A stretch of 64,000 nucleotides of DNA from Eledone cirrhosa (Eukaryota). The position numbers and the translations under genes were made by a program. The stretch is taken from positions 52,452,001 through 52,516,000 of the forward strand of contig OZ024745.1 in NCBI GenBank assembly GCA_964016885.1. The letters are read 5' to 3'. Positions 1 through 13,620 of this stretch are shown here, one piece after another (the stretch's first letter is position 1; each line of letters starts with the position of its first letter). The notes beneath the pieces are model-generated. The model saw nothing but the letters and a program-made list of their open reading frames with translations, ran no database searches and was not told where the DNA came from.

Positions 1-420
1 CCTAGGGTAGAATCCTGGTCAAAATGTACACGTAAGCTTTTTCGGTTTTTATTTTAGAACCCATAGTAAAAAAACTGAAAAGGCTTACAGGGAACCCTAT
101 CTCTGACCAGTATCGATCTTCAGACCTGCATCACCACAGTCTATGATTGCTTCAACTACGCCAACTAGACAGCTATAAAGAGGTAATGAAAGTTGACAAC
201 TATAAACCTACTTTCGAAATCAAAGTTTAAAAGATGTGGTGTCGTTCGTGGCTTTCCTAGAGCAATTAGTAATATTTAGGTTCGACTTCTGGTCATTATT
301 GCAAGACCCTAGATTTCGCAATATATATATTTTTTATTGGAGAAGGTAATATATTTTTCCGCCAAAATTTGATTGCCCTGTTTTGTTTCCACTTACGTAT
401 TTTATAGAAAATATTATTTA

Positions 421-439
421 TCTGTATATATATAAAATT

Positions 440-538
<99 letters not shown>

Positions 539-1148
539 AGACTGTGTGTCTGTGTTTTACCTATAGGGTCCTACATCTTACAACCGATTTTCATGAAACA
601 CTTTACAGGCTCATAGATCAGTCATCGGGGAGTGTTTTCTATATGTCAGCGTATCGTTTTTTTTTATTCTGGGGTCATTCTGCAGATAAAAATCGATAAG
701 GTGGTCATCTTTTTTTAGGTATCGAAAAATAAGATTTTTGGCCCAGGCTCCCACAATTTGCCACCGATTTCGTTCAAATTTTAAAGCAAAATAAAATATA
801 TCATTGCACATCCTGTAACGTCTTTATATTTTGCATTTGTTCTACAGGGACAGCGGTGGCAGCCGCTTAACTATTCGAAGATACCACCTTTTTTCGCTCA
901 AATTTCCCCATTTTCGGCTCTAGCCACATTTTTCAACCGATTTCATTCAAATTCGAAACTCCCTCCTCCAGCATGCACCTTCGTCAGTCATCCGCTTTTC
1001 TCAGTGATATACGTCATCTCCACCCTGCCCCGCATGGCCTGTGTGTGGCCATGGATGAGTCATCGAGAAGCAGTCGCTAAGATCAACACCTTTTCATCAG
1101 AGCAGATATTATTTTACCTACCCAGGCAACGCTGGGTACTGCTGCTAG
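421..1148 (+). mobile_element. Non-autonomous Helitron-like element
   Basis: Starts TC after A (420), 5' TCTGTATATATATAAAA then (TG)n and AACCGATTTT motifs; ends with hairpin TACCCAG-gcaacg-CTGGGTA (1119-1138) and CTAG (1145-1148) followed by T. Confidence 0.8.
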
Positions 1149-2084
1149 TATAACATATATTTCAACACAGCACAGACAACAATTATGTGAAAGCAATAAT
1201 TTTACACTCTATTCAAAACGTAGGCATTAGTTGTTTCTGACCGTCTAATTGAGTGTAATATATTCATTGTAGGTTTAGCTTGACTGCAATGTATGAATCT
1301 TTGTTTCAAAACCTATCTATATGTCGGTTTAATATTCATATTATAATAAAAAATACTTAATATTGATCGGAAAGTCGTATTTACAGTTTGGATGTTATTA
1401 TTCATATACATGAACGTATTTTCTAGAATCCACAATTACAAAAGTGAACATCTGCCAGGAGGCGATATGAACAGATACTCTATAATAACGTAACAGCAGA
1501 CCTGAAAGCAATTGGTTTAATTTATGAAGATAAATTGTATAAAATCATTTTTCTTTGTTATATTCATCATTATGGAGAAATTAACTTTTCATATTTGCAA
1601 TAGATTTTCAAATAATTTTCTCAAAAGGTGATTTGTCTTTATAATCACCTCCTTTCATTTCCTGTTCAAATATATTTAAGACGATGTAATGGGGAAACAA
1701 ATCTCATTGCGGAGGGTTCTACACACGTGATAATTTTGTAAATTTTACAGGGTTGCCACACATTACAATGCGTTAGAGAATGTAATCGCCAGTCATTAGA
1801 GTGGATTAAATTTAATATAATACAATAGGAAATCATTACCACTTGAGTATATGTGAAAAATCAATAAACAATTATGTATTCCTTTCCAAAATAAATGAAA
1901 GAGGACAAATATCTTTTTTGACGCATCGCCTTGTTTTGAAGAATTGGAGAATTCTTATAGCAGTGTAGAAAACAACGGAAACTTCAACAGTGACCTAATT
2001 CTCTATACTAGTAACTATCTGCAGTTTAGTTATAAACAAAATATAACTTTGTATACAAAAATATAAATGTATATATGTGTAATA

Positions 2085-2174
<90 letters not shown>

Positions 2175-3239
2175 CATGTATCCCCGCCGAGGTAATTAAC
2201 ATACAAATGGGTGAATATTAGTACAATGCATCTAGAGTCAAATATAGTTAATTTGACTAAAACTTATATTGTTATTCGCTAGTATTCCTCGCCGATATCA
2301 TTTCCTCTAGTAATCGATACTATTCGTAGTTCCATATAGTCATGGAATTTGGAGTGCTGCAGCACACATTTTGAAAGGTTTATTTTGGGCGATGCATGAT
2401 CTGTCTGATTTTGTGAGAATGAGCCTAGCCGCTGATGATTCCCATCAAAATTGTATTCTACTAACTGTTCCTATATTGAAATCGGCTGACCAGAGTGTTT
2501 ACCTTTTTCTAAAAAGAAATGTAATCATTGACAACATGTTTTGTAGCACGTATAAAATTGCCTAAATTACCACCTTTACCCGAACCCAGAGCTGCCAACA
2601 TCAACTGAGCAGGACGACGGAGGAATAACTATGATTCAATGATGTTTATAATTCTCCAGGCACTTTTAAGAAACCGTATGTCTATGGTACATGGAAGGCC
2701 TCTATATTTCGTTGTGAATGATAAAAAACTGGTGGAATTGTCTGGAAACTGCTAGCAGTAGGAAGAAGGTGAGATGAAATTCACAACAGAAAATAAAGAA
2801 TTAGTTATATTCTATATTACTTTAATTTTTTTCATTATACTTAAGGTTGTCGAACTAATTAACTACAGTTTCCATCCTTACGAATATATTACATACACGT
2901 ATGAATAAACGTCAATATATAATATAAGCAAATTGGAATTAATAAAATGTCCTTTGATATTCAGTGCATTTTTTTCCTTGTTATATGTTTTTGGCCATGC
3001 AATCGATTTTTAGAAACTCACACCGGCAAAATCCTATGCCAATTTAATCTAAATACATTTTCTTACTCATGAATGTAATATAATATTTAGCTAGACATTA
3101 AGGAGATGAACATCAAATGTCTGATAAAGGTCATTCTTCTGATACTATCTAAGAAGTATTACACACACACACGCGCACACACACACACACACATACACTC
3201 ACACACAGGCACCCCCCCCACACACATATGTATATATAT

Positions 3240-3292
<53 letters not shown>

Positions 3293-3303
3293 ATAATAAT
3301 ACA

Positions 3304-3510
3304 TTTGAAGACTAAAATCCAAAGAGGGCTCGATAAGGATAAATATATATCAAATATATAAGAACCGTAGAGCAAACATTTATTAAAATTTCAGATTAAA
3401 GTTTAAGCAAAGAATCGCTGCTTTCACCCTTAACGGGATCTTCAGAAGATCCCGTTAAGGGTGAAAGCAGCGATGCTTTGCTTAAACTTTAATTTGTTAT
3501 TTTAATAAAT
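3304..3510. mobile_element. Short fold-back PLE pLTR remnant (family C) with HHR-like motif
   Basis: Palindrome centred at 3444 (GGGATCTTC-A-GAAGATCCC), (AT)n both sides; same sequence and same outer boundaries as 34111-35600. Confidence 0.75.
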
Positions 3511-3535
3511 ATATATATATATATAGATATATATT

Positions 3536-3579
<44 letters not shown>

Positions 3580-3617
3580 AATATATGCATATATATATAT
3601 ATAAGATAGATATAAAG

Positions 3618-3654
<37 letters not shown>

Positions 3655-6600
3655 CATACGTATATGTGTTTTCTCATACTTTTGTTAAATTCTGCATTGT
3701 ATTGATTTTCGCACGTTATACACTCTTTTCTTTTTTGCATCAACATCGTACAGCCAATATCTCTGTGGACCTAAGAACTATTTTTAAATCATATATTGTC
3801 TTTGTTGTGTTTTTTGTACTTTCCTTTGTTTATGTCTATCCAAGTTATAATTACCATTTTAATTTTTCTTCTGTAGTTGCTGCACTTTTCTTAATTTTCA
3901 TTAGATTTTATTGTGTTCTATATTTGAAAGAAGATAGAGGAATGAGAGTTATATATACAAACTGACAAGAGAACGTCTGAGGGTGTGATGCAAAAATACA
4001 CAAATAGAAAAGATAACCACGTATATAATTGTAATATTACATAGTAGGCGTTAGTTCGGCGGCAGAACAAAAGGCAAAGTAATTTTACCAATTCTAAAGC
4101 GTTTCAAATTTTGTGCACGTAGCTTAAACTATTTGGAGCTGAAAAGTTTAATATTAATTTAGAGTTTCGTACAATATAATCTCATGAAAAATTGCCCCAC
4201 AAATTTATTTCAGGTTGCTTCAATATGAAATATAGTTCTCGAACTCTAATAAAGACTATATTACAATAGCTCTGTGGCTGACATCTTTATATGTATATTC
4301 CAGTTCAACAGAAACCTCATTTTGACGATATGTTCCATTCACAAATTCCATTTCTAGTATATCAGCCAGTTTAAATATTAAATTAAGTTACAAATAATTG
4401 TTCTACCTCACTTACTCTTCCTTTCACGCATATAACCCCTCTTTCTAATGCATAATGTGTGAAAGTAAGTGAAAAGAAATAACAGGCAATAGAAAAGTGA
4501 AATTTCGACATTAAGAAATCTCTGATTTGACCCGAAGTTATTGATTCTCGGAAGTAGGACATCATATCCGACGAAAAAAAAACTTGCATTCTAGAACACG
4601 CAAACCATTAAAATATTAAACACAAATTACGTAAAAAATATCAATTGGAATATGAAAATTGTAGAGTTCGTTATTCAGACTGATACTTCGAACAGACGCT
4701 AAAAGATTTTCTTGGTGATTGCTTATGTATTTATATTAAGGCGCAATCATAGTGCTTTAGATTAGATTAAAAAAAAATAATAATATGTCTCAAAAAAAAT
4801 AGTATGTCTTCGTTATAGAATTCCAATAACAGACACAAATATTATCTGAGTAACCTCTATTAGTATGACAATACGACAATATTTAACATGAAACAAGGCA
4901 AGTTCATGCTTTGACACATTCTTCGACACCAACTTAGACACTCGAGCTACAAAACTTGCTTCCACTGTTCGCAGGAATGTAGATGACATAAACACAAGTA
5001 AATAACAGCGCTTGTCCGGTCGTTCTCTTTGCAACGAACACGGCACGGGACAGCTTACCTCTTCCATAAAATCGGTACGATAGCTGCCCACCTGGAGAAC
5101 GATCTCCGAGATGTGGGGTGACTATTACAGCGAGTTTCACTGGACATTGTCTGCGGAAATGCCTTTTGTCCTTTTGTACGCGGGGTGCAAGACGAAACAC
5201 CGCTCTGATCTCGGTATAAATTATGCAACCCTCTCCCCTTCTCACTTCCTTTTTCTAGTATTCTTTGATCTGCCCTCTTCTATTCATATATGTCATTTAG
5301 TGTCTATTCCGATGCTAATTTCTTTTTTCTGAGTTTGACCACTTATATTTTAAAATGAATTGAGAAAACAAGCAGATTTGTTCTCTTAAAGAACGGATAG
5401 CAATACGATTACCACATATGATGGTTAGTTGCTATATAAGCGAGCACATTCTGTACGAATATGCAACCCCGAAACAAGAACGGTAAACTACTAGGCAGAA
5501 TGGTGTAATAGGCGATACATGTATATCCCAAGAAAACACTCGCTATCCAGTGATGTACCTTCAAAGAGGTGACTAATGGCCGCCTCTAAAAAAGCCTTGA
5601 TTTTGCCGGTGTGAGAAAGTAGCACATTTTTACCCATTTTGTCTGGCTGCTGTGACCATTATGTTCGTACTTCTATCTAGTGAAAGTTAAGTCCAATTAT
5701 GTTTGTATATGTAGCTTTGGGTTAAACGTTATTACATCTGCTGCATATCGCGTAGAAGTTGATCATTGAATTCCTACTATATATAAACAAGTACTTTGTT
5801 TTATATACTATATCGCAACTATATTTATTTTGATTTATATAATTGACGAATTCCTCTGATGATTGATTAGCGTCTTCTATATCTTAACCTAAGTCGATAG
5901 TTTTTGATCGATGATTGATTGCTTAGATGGATTTTAGGTTGTGCTCCTTCGAATTATGAAATAACGCTATAAGAAATAAGAACTTTGTCCATGTAAATTA
6001 CATATTCTTCCTTGATATATGTGCATTGTATGTATCGAGATACTGTGTTCTCCGAAGGTATAAGGTCCTTTGTCTCTACACATGGTTACATATACCTATT
6101 AATTTGAATTATGCAGAAATATCATACATAACTGATGTTTTGATACCTTAAATTTGTATCTGTGTACAATTGCCTCCTGTGTTTTTTTGGTTCATTTAAA
6201 ACTATACACATATATACATGTGTGTGTTTGTGTGTGTGTGCGTTTGTATGTGTGTGTGAGGTTGTGTGGTTGTGTATTTGTGTATGTGTGTGTGGTTGTG
6301 TGTGCGTGTGTGTGTGAGTGTGTGTGTGTGTGTTTGTATGTGCGTGTGTGTGGGTGTGTATTACAAGTCTATCTATTATTGCGTTTCATTGCGTTCGTTG
6401 ATAAGGTAAGAGGACCCGTACGGTTTTTCCTTTGTACATTTTCCTGCACAGTATGGGTCTGACGGGTGGGGTCGAAAGTATTATAATTGATTGTTTTGTT
6501 TGAAATTCTGGTTAGCTTTAGTTTGATATAACTGTAGATGTTTTTAGTTTTTGGCCACTGACAGAACTAATTACACACACGCAGACACACACACATACAC

Positions 6601-6745
6601 CCAAACAAACACACACACACGCAAACACACACACACACACACAAACAGAAACAATCACACATATATCCGCCTCTCTCTCTCTCATATTTTCACTCTCTCT
6701 CCCTCTGTGTCTTTCTCTTTCTCTATCTCTTCCTCTCTCTATCAA

Positions 6746-6827
<82 letters not shown>

Positions 6828-7268
6828 CAAAAGGGATATTTAGTTTGATGGTAATTCAACAAATATATATGTTTATAACTGATTCGAAGCGCTCGACAAG
6901 TTTTCTGGAGTATAATATCAATGATATTAAATAATGGAAACTATATTTATAAAACCATATTTATTCTATTATATATATTTCAAGGATACCAAAACTTTAG
7001 TTCCCTCTCATCAGATACAAAGTTTGTTTTATAAATATTGACATATCAACGAAGATGATCGTAACGGTTCAAGTTTTTCCTGGATAAACTTGAACCAGAA
7101 AAAACTTGAACCGTTAAGATCTTCTTCCTGGATATGTAAATATTTATAATACAAAGTTTGTATTTTATCTGATAAGTGCGTGCCAAAGTTTTGGTACCCT
7201 TGAAATATATATAATAAAATAAATATGGTTTTATAAATATAGTTTCAATGTATTTAATATCATTGATA
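6828..7268. mobile_element. Diverged fold-back PLE pLTR remnant (family A) with HHR in each arm
   Basis: Imperfect inverted arms about 6920-7075 and 7100-7265; minus strand CTGATGA-gaggga..tcctt-GAAA-TATAT-ATA; homologous to 30581-31064 and 32690-32922; (AT)n flanks. Confidence 0.7.
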
Positions 7269-7864
7269 TATATATATATGGAGGAGGTTATAGTTCACTT
7301 GAAGCATTGTGTAATGAGGTATAAACGTTTGAATATGTATAATAAAGCCAAAAGAATGCAGGTATGGACATAGAAAAAATAATGCAATTGCAAAAGATAT
7401 TGTTGACAATTCGTCTTTTACCTTAGATTTATTTTAAACGTCCTTAATTTTCGAGATAATATCTCTTCTTCAGAGGGAAATAAAGGTCTCAAACCAGCGT
7501 TCTAAATATCTTGCCAAGCCATGCTGACAGGAAATAGTATAGAGTATCTGTTCTATCTCTAATGACAAAGAGTTAAGGTTAGGTGGATAAAGAGTAGTCT
7601 CCCTTTAAAAAGGGTTTGTTTGACGGTTTTTTTTAAAATATACATGCCTGTTTAAGTGTGTGGGAGAATGCATGAAGGTGTAAGTATGTGAGTGTGTGTG
7701 AGTGTGAGAAGATAAGTTTATTCGTAAATGTTGGTGATAGGTGTTATCTGGTGTTAGAACTGATTTTGTGTGTGTATGTGTGAGAGAGAATAAGTGGAGG
7801 TATAAGCGTGTGTGTGTGTGCGTGTGTGTGTATGGGGTGTGTAAATATGGGGCTAGAAGCCCTA

Positions 7865-8989
7865 TCAGGTTATGAATTGGGTGTTGAGTTCTAGTCTATT
7901 ATTGATAGGTGGTAGTGTTTTATCTATAATTAGTGCTTCCTTAATTCTAAGATTGCCGTGGTTTCTTTCCTTAGTTTCTATCCTAACTGTTATGGTTTTG
8001 TCGGTGTTTTTGCATTTAACTAGGTGTTTCTTAAATGAGGAAGCGTTAGCATTGAGGTGTTCTTTTATTCTTATGTGGAGTGGTCTGGTGGTGCTACCTA
8101 CGTAGAAGTTGTTGCATTTGTCACACTCTAGTCTGTATACGACGTAAGCCTGGTGGCATAGGTATGTGTCGTTGATGGGGCAGTTGGCTAGTCTGCAGCA
8201 GTTGTCATGTCTGGTGGAGTGTCTTTTAGCTAGCTGTCCGCGCAGAGAAGGACCTGAGTGGGCCAGTTGGATATCTAGTCCTTCTCGTCTGATGGCTCTG
8301 CGGATGGCTGTTGTTGTTTCTTCACTGAAGTGTGGGAGCTTCAGGAAGCAAGTCTTAGTGCCTCGGGTGTGGTGTCCTCTGTTCTTTCTGACACGGTTTG
8401 TGGTGGATGTCGTGTATCCGTTCAGTTTGAGTACTTCCAGGAAATGTGTGGTGTGTGTGTCTCTGTCTCTAACGTCGGTGCATTTGTTCTGGATACGTGC
8501 CAGTTCGTTCCTTATGTATCCGAACTTGGCACCGAGTGGGAGGGCCGATCTGAAATGTACGAACAGGTCCCTGCTGGCGGCTTTTTTATAGAAGCAGGTG
8601 TGGATGTTGCCTTCCTCTGTTACCCTGAGTTGGAAGTCCAGTAGGGATAGGGACCCACGGTCATCGGGGTGTTGCATGCTGAACTTTATACTGGCGTCCA
8701 TGCTGGAGAATGTTGTGTATATTTTATCTGGCTCCTCACAGGATGTTGTGAGGATGAGTATGTCATCTACATATCGGGTGAAGAAGGCATGGGAATGACA
8801 GGTGTTGAGGGCTCGGCATTCTAGCTGGTTCATGTAGGTGATGGCCAGCAGGCCCGATAGGTTGGATCCCATGGGTAATCCTGTTGTCTGCCTATATGGG
8901 TGATGGTGGAAGGTTAAGTACGTGTTGTCTACTGTGAAGGACAAAAGCTGGTGTATGTCCGTCGGGTGGAGGCCGTAGCAGTGGATGTC
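7865..8989 (-). pseudogene. PLE RT C-terminal half plus GIY-YIG endonuclease (possibly Naiad-like)
   Basis: GLPMGSNLSGLLA, RYVDD, LSLLDF, then Cys-rich linker and VVYRLECDKCNNFYVGSTTRPLHIRIKEH ... LRIKEALII..P.IN; lacks N-terminus in this orientation. Confidence 0.92.
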
Positions 8990-9450
8990 TTAAGCGACAA
9001 TGAATTATACACAAGATCCCGGACATGACTGCAGCCCAGATCGAAAAACAGACCAACTCCATTTGGTTCGATATCTGTAGGAGAAGACAACTCCCAAATA
9101 AAGTTAAGCTCAACTACACCACTAGAAAAAGCAGACTGCCCACTTTCTACCACCTCATCAAGACCCACAAGAATAGCACTAAGACGCAAATAAGACCCAT
9201 CGTCTCTAGCATAGAAGGACCCCTATACACAATTTCCTGGCTCCTCTCCCAGGTCCTCAAGCCTCTACTATCCACCTTTCCCGGGCATGTCAGTAGCTCC
9301 GACGAAGTTATACGTAGACTACACCAACTCCAGCCAGAACAACTTAAACTAAATAAATACGCTTTTAGACTCGACGTTGTCTCACTCTACACTACAGTCA
9401 CCGCTCATCCAGCTGTCGATTTATTGATGGACTGCGTGGTCGCAGAGGAC
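8990..9450 (+). pseudogene. Inverted upstream segment of the same PLE RT
   Basis: LPTFYHLIKTHK, IRPIVSS, LDVVSLYT motifs; ends ...DCVVAED, which continues as DIHCYGLHPTDIHQLLSFTVDN on the minus strand from 8989. Confidence 0.9.
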
Positions 9451-9900
9451 AGCACTAATTATAGATAAAACACTACCACCTATCAATAATATACTAGAAC
9501 TAAACATCGAATTTATAACCTGATAGGGCTTCTAGCCCCATATTTACACACCCCATACACACACACGCACTCACACACGCACGCCTCCACTTATTCTCTC
9601 TCACACATACACACACAAAACCAGTTCTAACACCAGATAACACCTATCCCCCACATTTACGAGTAGACTTATCTTCTCACACACGCACACACACTCACAT
9701 ACTTACACCTTCATGCATTCTCCCACACACTTAAACAGGCATGTATATTTTAAAAAAACCGTCAAACAAACCCCTTTTAAAGGGAGACTACTCTTTATCC
9801 ACCTAACCTTAACTCTTTGACATTAGAGATAGAACAGATACTCTATACTATTTCCTGTCAGCATGGCTTGGCAAGATATTTAGAACGCTGGTTTGAGACC

Positions 9901-9957
9901 TTTATTTCCCTCTGAAGAAGAGATATTATCTCGAAAATTAAGGACGTTTAAAATAAA
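9901..9957 (+). ncRNA. Minimal type I hammerhead-like motif (inverted copy near 7428-7484)
   Basis: cct-CTGAAGA-a-GAGAT att ATCTC-GAAA-ATTA-agg; distal tttattt/aaataaa pairing; stem III reduced to palindromic AATT. Confidence 0.6.
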
Positions 9958-10058
9958 TCTAAGGTAAAAGACGAATTGTCAACAACATCTTTTGCAATTG
10001 CATTATTTTTTCTATGTCCATACCTGCATTGTTTTGGCCTTATTATACATATTCAAAC

Positions 10059-10100
<42 letters not shown>

Positions 10101-10105
<5 letters not shown>

Positions 10106-11377
10106 TAGTATATTTACCAACATATGCGTACATATGTACACTAATGCCAGCAAATACATAAGTTATGTCATAGTACCTAGGTATTTCTATGCAGGGGGAT
10201 GCAGAACAACTATATGAAAGACGTAAAATAAGAAAATTTTAAAAATTAAAATTAACATACTTACTAAAATTTTCACTCCAACTAATTAGTTTCTGTAATG
10301 GGATAAATATAGTTACGCAATGTAACTATCGAGAATTCATTACGTCATCAGGGAGTCTATTCTCAGCTAAGTCCCCAGGCAATGCGCGGACACTAGGAAC
10401 TCATATAAAAATAATAATTCGGTGGATGGAACAGCTAGCGGGGACTGAATTCCATAGCACTGAAAAAGTTCACTGTCTCTGGTCAAGTGGCAGATTCTAA
10501 AGAATCAATCATGTGACACTGAGGCTAGTCAGTAGGAGTGGGGTGGTATTATGACAAGAGCCTACTACCACTACTATGAATTACCAGTGGATTTTGCAAG
10601 TTTGCTCAACAAATAAATAATTTGGAGATAAATATAGAGAATTAGTATATTTACCAACATATGCGTACATATGTACACTGATGCTAGCAAATACATAAGT
10701 TATGTCAGAGTACCTAGGTGGTTCTATGCAGGGGGATGCAGAACAATTATATGAAAGACGTAAAATAAGAAAATAAAAAAAATTAAAATTTACTTACTTA
10801 CTAAAATTTTCACTCCAACTAATTAGTTTCTGTAATGGGATAAATATAGTTACGCAATGTAACTATCGCGAATTCATTACGTCATCAGGGATTCTATTCT
10901 CAGCTAAGTCCCCAGGCAATGCGCGGACACTAGGAACTCATATAAAAATAATAATTCGGTGGATGGCACAGCTAGCGGGGACTGAATTCCATAGCACTGA
11001 AAAAGTTCACTGTCTCTGGTCAAGTGGCAGATTCTAAAGAATCAATCACGTGACACTGAGGCTAGTCAGTAGGAGTGGGGTTGTATTATGACAAGAGCCT
11101 ACTCCCACTACTATGAATTAGCAGTGGATTTGGCAAGTTTGCTCAACAAATAAATAATTTGGAGATAAATATAGAGAATTAGTATATTTACCAACATATG
11201 CGTACAGATGTACACTAATGCTAGCAAATACATAAGTTATGTTATAGTACCTAGGTGGTTCTATGCAAGGGGATGCAGAACAATTATATGAAAGACGTAA
11301 AATAAGAAAATTTTAAAAATTTAAAATTAATTTACTTATTAATTTTTAAAATTTTCTTATTTTACGTCTTTCATATA
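10101..11377 (-). mobile_element. ORF-less 537-bp tandem repeat (about 2.3 units) with one HHR per unit and terminal inversion; retrozyme-like or tandem pLTR
   Basis: Unit starts at 10101, 10638, 11175; HHR on minus strand in each full unit; 11286-11377 folds back; abuts (AT)n. Confidence 0.8.
10275..10356 (-). ncRNA. Type I hammerhead ribozyme (second copy 10812-10893)
   Basis: ACTCC-CTGATGA-cGTAATG...CATTACa-GAAAC-TAATTA-GTT-GGAGT: stem I 5 bp, stem II 6 bp, palindromic stem III, GUU site. Confidence 0.85.
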
Positions 11378-11699
11378 TGAAGCTTGTTTCTTCCCCCTAC
11401 GGTTAGCTATACTTTTTGTTGTTCTCCTGTCTCACTCGCTTTACGCGTTTCAATTGTCCTAATAAGTTATTTTGGTTATTATTGCACCGACGTGAGGTAT
11501 ATGATTTTTAATGCAATGAAATATCTATGATCGTCGGCAAATCACTGATGAGGGACTCATTTTATTACATGTTATCCATGTGCTACCTGCAGTATTTTTC
11601 TCTATATTTTATTATATATATATATATATATATATTGAGAAAGATAGATAGAGTAAGTGAGAGATAGAGAAAGAGAGAGACACAGAGGGCGAGAGAGTG

Positions 11700-11744
<45 letters not shown>

Positions 11745-11777
11745 GTGAGAGAGAGAGAGAGAACATAAGAGAGAGAG

Positions 11778-11817
<40 letters not shown>

Positions 11818-13199
11818 ACATATATGTGATTGTTTCTGTTTCACTACGTAAAATCAATTGGTATAAATCGCAAGGAGAAAACATTCACTGTAATCTGAAA
11901 ATTATATATGTTGCATTTTTCCTAGAATTCTGTGATTCTCTTTTAAGTATGGAACCCAATTATATCTGTAATTTCGAGCACAAATTTTAAAAATAAATTC
12001 CTGTATCTGTACTGCTTCCATCTACGATTGAACGCTTCAGATAATAACATCATCAATATATATTGTGGACAATTATCTAATACCTGACCATTATCATAAA
12101 AAAAGCAGTATTTCTAATGTTTTCATTACATGTTACAAACATTTATCCTAAAGAATATTGTACATTACATTAATATTGCAGCACATATCATTATTTGATA
12201 AACTGAACTGTTGAAGAGGAGTAAAGTACTCATTTAAAGAATGCCTATTACAATATATTAATGATGTTCCTTGTGACTGTACCAAATTAAGCAAGCTTCC
12301 TTCTAATTTAATTGGGCGCTTGCAGCTGGGTATAATCACGTATCCTACTATTCATAAAAGGACATATTCTGTAGAAACAAATTATCTCTCATGTATACGT
12401 TTTGTTAATACAATTTGTATGTCAATACGTTTTCATATGACTCCAGGAAGTACATTAAATGCATATTAAAATACAATTAATAATGTTTCATATATATTAC
12501 ACTTTAGGATATACCTACTCAATATTTAATATCATAAAGCTTAGATTTGTAATCAGTTTTATTATTAAATACATTATGTATTTAAAACATAGTACTTCAG
12601 TCGTTCTTCTTGATATTTAGATAGCATAAATTTAATAAAAGATATTTAATTTAGTTTCACAACTATCGTTGTAAAGTTATATGTCATGCACGATGTCATT
12701 GTTTTTGAATAATCGTCCTAAGTTATCATATCAATTTTGATCAATTCTTACTGATTTGGAGATATAGTGTTTCGAGTTTATACGATTGACTTCCTTTCAA
12801 GTGAAATTTCATTGAAATACAACTAAACTACCGAAAGAGCGCAGGATTGTATCTGCGAATAAATTATGAACAACTTGAAATATGTAAGTTCGATAAATAT
12901 CTATTCAGCAGAATTAGCACAAAAATATTTATATGAATATCATACGTGATTGGAGTTCGATTAGTGCCGACTTATGTCTGCTGTCTTATCAAGTGTATCT
13001 CTTTGTATTAGATCTGCAGAGAAAACAAACAAAAGCTACTTATCAGGATTGCAATGAGTAAGATAGGATTTGTTCTACGCATTTTGATATAAATTCATTC
13101 ATACACAGCGTGTATAAAATATACATAATTGAAGAAGGAAGACAATGCTAATGGAAATTAAACATGTTTGGATGAGATTTCATCGCACAGGCCTTAAAA

Positions 13200-13620
13200 T
13201 AGCTGTTCAATATATTTAAATGTATGAATATTTACACAGTTGAACACCCACATAAATCGAATATAGGTTGCAGACCTATCAACGATGACACTAGGCAAAT
13301 TCCTCCTATACGGGTGAAAGTATAAGGAAGAGAGATCGAAAATGCATCTGGAGTTTTTTAAGAATATGTATTTATTTACTTTCCCGGTTTCACAATTCTT
13401 ATGCTTTTCAAGCGTACAACACTTTCCTTGTACGAGGTCCCATATTCCGTTGCAAGATCGAGGACCATGGTCTGAATGCATTTAATATCATACAATGTTT
13501 TCCCTGGCTTTGTGGCCGATCGTATTCCTAAGATATGTCGATTACTAAGTATTTCGTGTGGTAATGTAGTACTCTCTAATGGTGATTTCTGGACCTTGCT
13601 AATCAGTAACGTCACGTTCA
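13200..13620 (-). mobile_element. Possible highly decayed CR1/L2-type LINE 3' remnant
   Basis: Translated pieces DIKCIQ..SYKESVVRL and RNLPSVIV..F loosely resemble CR1 ORF2 C-terminus; weak. Confidence 0.3.

Larger units (their letters stand above)
7280..10060. mobile_element. Penelope-like retroelement, 5'-truncated, internally inverted, with inverted pLTR arms
   Basis: 7325-7937 is the near-perfect reverse complement of 9451-10060; RT and GIY-YIG coding segments inside; (AT)n flanks; HHR in each arm. Confidence 0.92.

Noticed and set aside
7862-7867. TGA-TAG at the end of the PLE ORF as a possible selenocysteine codon (some Naiad PLEs are selenoproteins)
   Set aside because: All Cys positions are normal codons, the TGA is at the expected terminus and no SECIS was recognised.
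11430-11545. Minus-strand GAAAC-GC-GTA
   Set aside because: No canonical 5' core or stem I found.
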